From Eledone cirrhosa (lineage: Eukaryota): 64,000 nt of DNA. Location of the stretch: contig OZ024745.1 in NCBI GenBank assembly GCA_964016885.1, positions 27,714,001-27,778,000 of the forward strand, read 5' to 3'. The notes below the pieces were generated by a model that was given only the letters and a program-made list of their open reading frames with translations, was not told where the DNA came from and ran no database searches. Position numbers and translations under genes: made by a program. Shown here one piece after another: positions 55,499 to 64,000 of this stretch. Numbering within the stretch: the stretch's first letter is position 1; every line of letters begins with the position of its first letter.

Positions 55499-57550
55499 TT
55501 ACGTTAATAATGAATTTAGTAAAGTACATATTAGGAAATTTGATAGCAGTCAAAAATAGGATTTGAATTCATTGTAGATGTGTTATAATGTAATGCCAGT
55601 TGTATGAAAGACACAAAGAATAAAGAAAAAAATGAAAGGCTTTCCAAGGCCTCCATACTGGCTGAACTAACAAATATTTGCTTAATACACAAATTACAGT
55701 TAAAGCTACAGAAGTATATATTTCAAATCTTACTATAAAATATTTTAGTGTGAGGTTATTATCGTTGAAAAGTGTATGCTGTTTCAACAACAAAAGAATC
55801 GCGATTTCAACCTTGTTGGGCACATTTAGTTTCGGTAAAATTAGATCTGTACAAGCTGGCTTTGAAGGACTGTTTTATGTATCTTAGGAGAGTTCAATAG
55901 AAGTGTTCCATAAGTTTAATTTTCATCAGGCAGGAAGAATCTATCGTTTTCCTTTCTATCTGTCTCAGTATGAGGAAGAGAGAAAAAAGTGATGGTTTCA
56001 CTTGAGCAAGTTCCAAGTGCAAAAGTAAAACATTAGATTCTACATCGCTTTATGTCTATTTAAATGACACAGACCATCAGCAGCTTCTTCAGATTTCAGA
56101 TATGATAATGATTTATGTATTAGTTAATATCTAGATATATATCTTATGATGCTATCAGCTTGGCAGTTAATGTACGTAAACCAACATACAAATTAATGTA
56201 TTGTAGATAAGAATATATTACTAACCTTTGTCTAAAATGATTTAGACGGGAAGACGAGGATGTTCTGAGGCTTGTCTGGTCTGGTATCTTCCCATACTCA
56301 TTGTTGAGGTTTGGGACCCAAATAGAATTGCACCAATGTTCATCTATTGATGCTGCATGTCTATAATTCTCCCCAGGGAAAAAAGTAACGTTGGTGGATT
56401 CCGTATCCTCGTCCAACCATTACTTGGAAGATGGTTACAGAGCTGCAGCTCATCCGCCTTCACCACAAGGAAGAAGACGTTGTCCACTTCAAAGGTTGTC
56501 ACCAGGGTGACTAAGGAGACCCATGTGCCCCGGTTTTGGAATCAGAGTGATCCTTCTCCTAGACAGATTGCCAACCAAGGCTAACGAGCTCTGTCTACCC
56601 GTATTTTCTACATCTTATTGGATGGCCGCTAAATTTCCTGGTCCCCCCCACACACACTTTGACGGGTTTTGCTTTTCATCTTGCAGGGGATCTAAAAATC
56701 ACGCTCCTCAACGAGCGGGTTTAGTGGGGCTGTCGGTTTAGTCGGTGACGACGCTGACCCAACTAGATAAAAACTGTGGTATTTCATCTATGGGAAGGCT
56801 AGAGCTCATATCCTTTCTCAAGACCACCAAAACTGATGTGAGAGATGAAAGAAGATATTCTTGAATGAGAGACCTGGCCAGAATTCTTACATCAGAGTTG
56901 TCTCCGTCAAAGACAACTAAGGACTAGCTGCTGGTGTTAAACCATACAACAACAAAATGCACTCTGTTAAAGGTAGCCAATGTACAGTTGGTCGTGTTAA
57001 ACCAAACGAAAGCAGAGTGCACCCTGGTTCCGGTTACCTGGTTATATGGGGCATGCTTTTGACAGCTCTTGTCAACGTCTGCATTCAGCAACTTCATTCC
57101 CTCGTTAACATTGATGTTGCCAGTACACTTAGACCAATTTACAATGATTGACCGTTCTCCGATAGCATTTTTCTGGAAACTGTAGCAGTGAAAACTTGCG
57201 ACGTTCTTGGTCCCCGGATCACCTTCCTACTCACTACTATCAGGGTGGAGTTAACTACACACAGGTGATAGGCCCACGAGTTGGAATGGCTATTCCCTCG
57301 CGTCTTCCTCACCATCCTTTGGGACATGTTTCCATTCTGTTCACTGAGACCACAAGATGGCTTGAATATGGGCTCCTAAACACAAGAGGATGCTCTCGTA
57401 CACTGCCCGGGCCAGCATCACTGTGGTAGCAATGTTATTGAAATACATGTTTTACTAAAGATATTGTTTTTCATATCGAAACCAAGTCTTAGACAAAGAT
57501 TCAATTTCCCTCAAACCACACACTAATGCTCCATCACTAACTCATCTTTG

Positions 57551-57629
<79 letters not shown>

Positions 57630-57672
57630 GTCAAAATATTAATAAATGAGAAATATTATCATAACCAAAGTA

Positions 57673-57739
57673 TATATTTTGTTATACATATTTCAAAGGT
57701 ACAATGGTGTTTCAGTACGTTTTCATCAGATAAAATATA
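57673..57739 (-). ncRNA. Type I hammerhead in a (TA)n-flanked island (57627-57802)
   Basis: UAUAUUUUAU-CUGAUGA-aaaCguac..guacCuuu-GAA-AUAUGUAU-A-ACAAAAUAUA; related to 8819-8880. Confidence 0.8.
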
Positions 57740-57802
57740 AGAGATTGGTTATACGACATATCCCTAACGTCTTGAACCTTGAATCCCATATAAACTTTTG
57801 GC

Positions 57803-57848
<46 letters not shown>

Positions 57849-58067
57849 AGAGTGTGTACATGTATGGTAATGTTTCTATAAATATATATCTACGTGATAT
57901 TGTAGTGCTGGTCACGTTATACAAGATATTTTCGCCCGTTTCTGTACTGTTTCGTTTCTTCGTGTTCTGTTCGTGTTCTCTTCTATTTGCCTCTTGTTTC
58001 ATTACATTTGATTTATCACATATTCCAGCGCAACATACAACTCACTTATCTCTTTGACGTTTGGTTC

Positions 58068-58112
<45 letters not shown>

Positions 58113-58182
58113 GTGTATATATTTGTGTGTATATATTTAACTATTTATCTCTCTCCCTCTCCCTCTCTCCCTCTCTCTCCCC

Positions 58183-58284
<102 letters not shown>

Positions 58285-58314
58285 CTATATGTATATACAT
58301 ATGTGTATATACAC

Positions 58315-58383
<69 letters not shown>

Positions 58384-58516
58384 CATGGAAAGTTATATTT
58401 AAATTGTTGGGTTAACAACGAGTAAATATTTATAACTGATATAAAAGCACTCAACAAGTATTTGGAGTATATTTATGATATTAAATAAATGGAAACTATA
58501 TTTATAAAACCATATT

Positions 58517-58582
58517 TATTTCGTTATATATATTTCAGGGATATCATATTAACAATATGTTATGCCTTCTTCAGACAAAATA
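58517..58582 (-). ncRNA. Type I hammerhead, homologue of 10716-10780
   Basis: UAUUUUGU-CUGAAGA-aggCauaacauauu guu aauaugauauCccu-GAA-AUAUAUAU-A-ACGAAAUA; a stem I G.U becomes G-C. Confidence 0.85.
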
Positions 58583-58755
58583 CAATATAAACAGTCTTAT
58601 AAATAAATAGATACGACATACCTTTCAATCACCTTGCATTTGGGAGGTTGATTTGGCAGTAAAAAATATTGTGGACAGTTGTAAAAAGAAAGAGAGAAAG
58701 AGAGAAAGAAAGAGAAACGAAGAAAAAGAAGAAATGCATGTGACTAAATAGAGAG

Positions 58756-59084
58756 ATATAGAAAGATAGATAAAGAGAAGAACTTCATGTAAAGAAACAG
58801 AGAGAAATATATATATAGAGAGAGGAAAAAGAGATAGATAGAGATAGATAGAGAAACTAGGAAGTTGAGTATCGGTTGATACATCGGTTGAAACTAAGAA
58901 GTTGAGAAACTAGGAAGTTGAGTATCGGTTGATACATCGGTTGAAACTAGGAAGTTGAGTATCAACCGATACTCAACTTCCTAGTTTCTCTATCTATCTC
59001 TATCTATCTCTTTTTTCCTCTCTCTATATATATTTCTCTCTGTTTCTTTACATGAAGTTCTTCTCTTTATCTATCTTTCTATAT
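58756..59084. repeat. ~125-bp inverted duplication with a scrambled tandem spacer
   Basis: Arms ~58756-58880 / 58961-59084; spacer reiterates GAAACTAGGAAGTTGAGTATCGGTTGATACATCGGTT. Confidence 0.85.
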
Positions 59085-59449
59085 TTATATATATATTTAA
59101 ATATCAAATATGACATATACATGACATATTTGATATTTAAAAAGATTAGAAGTTTAAGTAAATTCTTTTCTTCTTCTTTTACTCTTATACTGTTCATTAT
59201 ACTCCGTCATTATACTGCGCCCATGAGGGGGCAGTAAATGATTTAATGAATCAGTTAAAACCCAGGAATCCAGCACTTAATTGTTCAGATCGGGTAGTTT
59301 ATTCATCGCTATTTGTAGAACAGCTAAATCAAGGGATATAAACTAACAGTAAACGTAAACACGAGCCACTCGTACAGACGTATACACGCCACCTGCACAC
59401 ACATGCATTCGGGATTAAAGCGAATATATTTCCTATAACCTCGTCAATA

Positions 59450-59637
59450 TGGCAGTCAATTGGCAGTATCGGTAGAGGGTTGGACGCCATGCTTTCTAGC
59501 ATAGTTACGTCCCTTTACGGTCTGAATTCAACTCCCGTCGAGGTTAACTTTGCCTTTCAACCTTACGGGGTCGATAAAATAAAGTACCAGTAATGAACTG
59601 AGATAATTGCTGGCCTTGTGCCAAAAGTAGAAGCAAT
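59450..59637 (+). mobile_element. SINE family 1
   Basis: Head, core and 3' end. Confidence 0.85.
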
Positions 59638-60204
59638 ATATATATTTATATATATATTGCCACTATCCATATTCATTAAACCATCACACTCCCGTTTTTA
59701 GTGCGAAAGAAACACTAAATTCCGTGCCCAATCACGTGATCATCCTCAGCTTATCAAATTGTACTTTAAACAGATAACAATTTGAACGATCTTTTTGCAT
59801 AGAACTGAAAGAACGCTCCCGAATTTTAGCGCGAAATTACCACAAGATTCTGTGGTTTTCTTCAAACCAGCAAATGGTCCTTCAAACATATAGCAATCTG
59901 AACCACACAGTTTTGGGGTAAAACTGAAAGAAATTCACAACATCAGTTAGAAGCGAGTTACAAGTCGGCAGAACCACACATCTTTCCATCTTTCTTAACG
60001 TTTGAAAAACATGAAACATATGAAACCGGCAAAGTTATACGTTATTGTAAATAAACCTTCTTTAAGATTCCAATTGCATTTTCAACTCTTTTTCCCAATT
60101 TTTTACCCATGTGGAATATATTAACCCCCCCCCTCTCCACAGACACACGCACATAAACATATATATATATGTATCTATTTATTTATATATATATATACTG
60201 TATA

Positions 60205-60613
60205 CCTTGAAAGGTTTATTATACTATGACCATTTCAATGACCGGGTTCAGTATGAATCCGGTGATATCATCAGGTATTCAAAATATAACAAAAGGAATA
60301 TAACAGATAAAATCCATGGGGCTGAAAATCAGAGACAAGAGGACGACCGACTATTTAGCAGCTTCTACCTCAGTCGGCCGACCTCGAGTCCTTTGTTATA
60401 TTTTGAATACCTGATGATGTCACCGGATTCATACTGAACCGGGTCATTGAAATGATCATAGTATAATAAACCTTTCAGCCTCCTGTTATTTTATAATAAC
60501 ACCACCAACTACACAAACGAAGACGGGTGAGTTGCATTACGTTGATATTACATCGAGATTGACCATACGGAATGACCAGTTCTATCCAGTGGTGAACCAA
60601 CAAACCTAAATAA
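60205..60613 (+). mobile_element. Spaced fold-back insertion with two hammerheads and a TSD
   Basis: 86-bp arms 60208-60293 / 60392-60477, tail to 60613; ATATATATACTGTATA at 60189-60204 and 60614-60629. Confidence 0.85.
60407..60464 (+). ncRNA. Type I hammerhead (mirror copy at 60221-60278, minus)
   Basis: AUAC-CUGAUGA-uguCaccggauucauacugaaccggguCauu-GAA-AUGAUCAU-A-GUAU. Confidence 0.85.
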
Positions 60614-60622
60614 ATATATATA

Positions 60623-60731
<109 letters not shown>

Positions 60732-61128
60732 TGTACATAAGTATATATACAAGTCTATACTTATCTATAGAATTATGCTATGTATCTTTTAAAACTGTTT
60801 ACACCAATCACAATTCGTTGATTTTTCAATGCACATATTTCCTATCTTTTGTAGTTATTGTTTTAATCTTGATTTCTTAACGGGCACCAATGTGTAACGT
60901 AATAATTTAGTGAGAACTACACGTAAAGCACACAGGGGAATGATAGAGGTTTGGATAAAAATGGATGCTGGAATAATTATAGTTTCTATTACTCATTGAA
61001 GTGGAGAAAATGTATTTCACTTTCGTCTTTATCTTCCCTCTATCTATTCTTCTGATATCTTTATTCTCCCTCTTTCACACTTTTTCTTTCTATCTATCTA
61101 TCTTTCTTTCTTTCATTCTCTATCCTGT

Positions 61129-61176
<48 letters not shown>

Positions 61177-62271
61177 TATTTATTTATTTATTTTGTCTTT
61201 CTTTCTCTCATTCTCTCTCTTACTCTCTCTCTTTCACACTCTCTCACCCTCACTCCCTCAATCTCCTCCATCTCTCCCCCTCTCACTTCCCCACTCTGTT
61301 TTTCTTCCTTTCTATTCTTTCTTCAACATTTTGCTAATTGTTAACTCATTCACTGGAGTTCTTTTTAAATATAAATCTACTCTCCTAACTACCTATCTAT
61401 CTTTTTATCTGTCTATCAATCTAGTTATCTATCTTTTTATCTATCTACCTGTATGTCTGCCTGACTGTCTGTCTGCCTCTCTTTATGTATGTATAAATGT
61501 ATGTATGCATGTATGTATACATCTATGTATGCATATGTGAGCGTAAGTAACATGTATGCGTGTATGTATATGTATCTATTTATCTATCTCTCTCTCTATA
61601 TACATAACTCTAAGTACACACGCTCACACACAAATACGTACATACACACACACACACACGCACTTGCTCGCTTGCGACCGTGACCCTGTGTGTTTGTGTG
61701 TGTTTGTGTGTGTGCATGTGCGTGTGTGTGTGCGTGTGCAAAACCATTCCATTTCTACTGGAACCAGTAAAACATTCATCCAATTAAATAGGTAGCCAGC
61801 CATGCCAACCAACCGTCAAGTAAATTCGAACCACGTGTTATTGGTTGCACTGGTTGTCAATATGTATCGCAATTAGATCTCAACCGAAAACGGCTTCAAT
61901 AGTTTGTTAGAACGAACATGTACTCAGTTCCGTCGCTTTCGTACATAATTCTCGCATCCTTTTCAAGTTTGTCCTCTAATTTTGCCCCGCCCCTTTTGCT
62001 TAAGTAACTATTTACTGGTTTCTCAGCTTCTAATATTGACGATGCTTCAACACTCATATAAAATTGCCACTACAATTACTACGAGTATTAACTAATGCAA
62101 GGATGTGCCATCTATGCATAAATTCTGAACTGATCTACGTAAGTTCTGTGTCAGAGAATTGTCTGTCTGCTTGCGTAAGTAGAATTGGAAACAAACAGGT
62201 GATTCTATTGGACAACGAAGCAACATCAAGGACGTACATCGCTCTACCGTAACACTCAAACACACAAACAC

Positions 62272-62373
<102 letters not shown>

Positions 62374-62390
62374 TTCTCTCTCCCTCTCTC

Positions 62391-62422
<32 letters not shown>

Positions 62423-63569
62423 GAGAGAGGGAGAGAGAAAGAGATAAATATATATTCTCGCAAAAGCACACGTATATTTAAGCACAAACATATACATATA
62501 CAAACACACACTCTCTGTTTCTCTCAAATATAAACATGTATGCAAAAGCACAGCCGCATGACCAAAAAACACTCTCACATCGTAGTGAAAATTACAATTA
62601 CTTGTGTTCATTAAAGGCTGTTATTGGCTGAAGATAATTTTATTTATTTCATTATTATTTTTTGGCGTATTTCTTTGTTTTATTAGTTGATGCTGTTGAT
62701 GTTATTGTTGTTGCTTGCTATTTACACTTCACGGTTAACTTCAATGCTGGTAGTTTTAGCAATAGAATGAAAACTATGACAATGATGATGATGAAAATAA
62801 TGACAAGGACACACAGTATTACAATAACAACAATAATAACAATACTAGAACCAAAACATAAAGGAGAATAGAAAGGAACAGGGAAAGCGGGGTTTCGTTG
62901 GGTCCGGCCGTTTCGTGTTTGTAGACACACGTTTATATATAATTCTTTTTTGTGTTTCTGCCAACATCTCGGGGTGGGGCACGGACGGCTGTGTCAGCCC
63001 AGGATTTCTCTAGTTTGATTAATTTGACCGCTTAGGCCAAACATGGGATTTTTCCAAAATGTTCATGTTAAAAAGTTCTGTTCCTTTGCTGAAAATGTAT
63101 TGTTGTTGCTGTTGTTTATTATTGTTGTCAGAGCTGTCGTTGTTTATGTTGTTGTTGTCATTTGTGTTGTTGCGGTGGTGGTGGATGAGTTACTGTTGTT
63201 GTTGTTGGTGTTGGTGGTGTAGTTGGTGTTGGTACAAGTGTCGTTCTTGGAGTGTTAATTATATTTTGTTCTTCCAGTGAATGAGACAGTGCTGTCAACG
63301 TTTTTATAAGCGAGAAGTTAGCTTCTTACTTTTCCCATGCAGTTTTTGTTGTTACTGCATTTGGAAGTGTCTGTATTGGTGGTGGGGAAAGTGGTGACGT
63401 TGGTGGGAAGTGAAATAACAAAATAGACGCAGCTTTAGTCCTTTGGGGGCTAAAGATAGGGGGGTGGGGACAGCCAACTCCCTTCGAAGTCGGTCGTTTT
63501 AAGTACAGGAATGTACAAACATTTCAAACAAAATCCTTTCAGAAACAGGTGAATAATTAACAATACTCA

Positions 63570-64000
63570 TACCGTAGTCTCAGCGGATGCTTGCACATCG
63601 TCAGCCACGGCATGTCCAACTCCCCACGCAAAGATAGTTGGCAGCAGATGGACGCTTGACCAGTGGAACCTGTCCCTTCCACAACTGGAAGAGCAAGTGC
63701 TCCAATCTAATGAAACGTACGACGGTTAGGCGGGAATCGACACGGAAGCGATGTACCGAGCGCATAATCTGAATCGGTTCCGATAGGTGACCATTCACTC
63801 CGACCAACGGGTACATTGCAACGATTCAGCCTCTGATGACGAGATCGAAATCGACTGTCTAGAGGAAAGCCTCCAGATACCGTTGGACCACCCTATCAAA
63901 ATCTTTCAATTTATCCAAATTGATCAGAGCCCCGCCGAAGTCAGGTTTACTCCTTATCCCTAGTATGATGTGGTGAAGGTTGTCATGTATAGACCTGGTC
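63570..64000 (-). pseudogene. Decayed RT fragment of the same Tx1-like group
   Basis: Frameshifted KPDFGGALINLDKLKDFDRV..RYLEA..VNGHLSEPIQIMRSV matches ORF2 KPGFGGALINLDQSKAFDRV..VNGYLSEPF. Confidence 0.75.

Noticed and set aside
56230-57430. GC-richer block, possibly an RTE 5' region or a host exon
   Set aside because: No convincing ORF motif or splice structure; cannot classify without a search
62850-63480. Possible Tx1 ORF1 relic on the minus strand
   Set aside because: Only compositional (Asn/Thr-rich) resemblance; no clear zinc knuckle
63828-63868. CTGATGA..GAAA motif
   Set aside because: Stems do not close; antisense of a LINE RT relic

Overview
AT-rich, microsatellite-dense animal DNA with no recognisable host gene. 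The SINE repertoire looks octopus/cephalopod-like (inference). The only long coding blocks are two diverged L1/Tx1-clade LINEs in head-to-tail tandem (42879-54545), embedded in (TCTA)n repeats. The rest is tRNA-derived SINEs, RTE and mariner relics, MITEs and simple repeats. The main signal lies in short islands between (TA)n tracts: folding by eye gives about 18 complete or near-complete type I hammerhead ribozymes (stem I-CUGANGA-stem II-GAAA-short, often palindromic helix III-UH) from many sequence families. They sit either in asymmetric fold-back insertions (Penelope-like pseudo-LTR architecture) or in terminally redundant or circularly permuted ~320 and ~480 nt monomers (retrozyme-like). 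Several share a C.C mismatch at position 4 of stem II, and one carries a compensated U3-A8 core. All folds and alignments were done manually; no database search was run.
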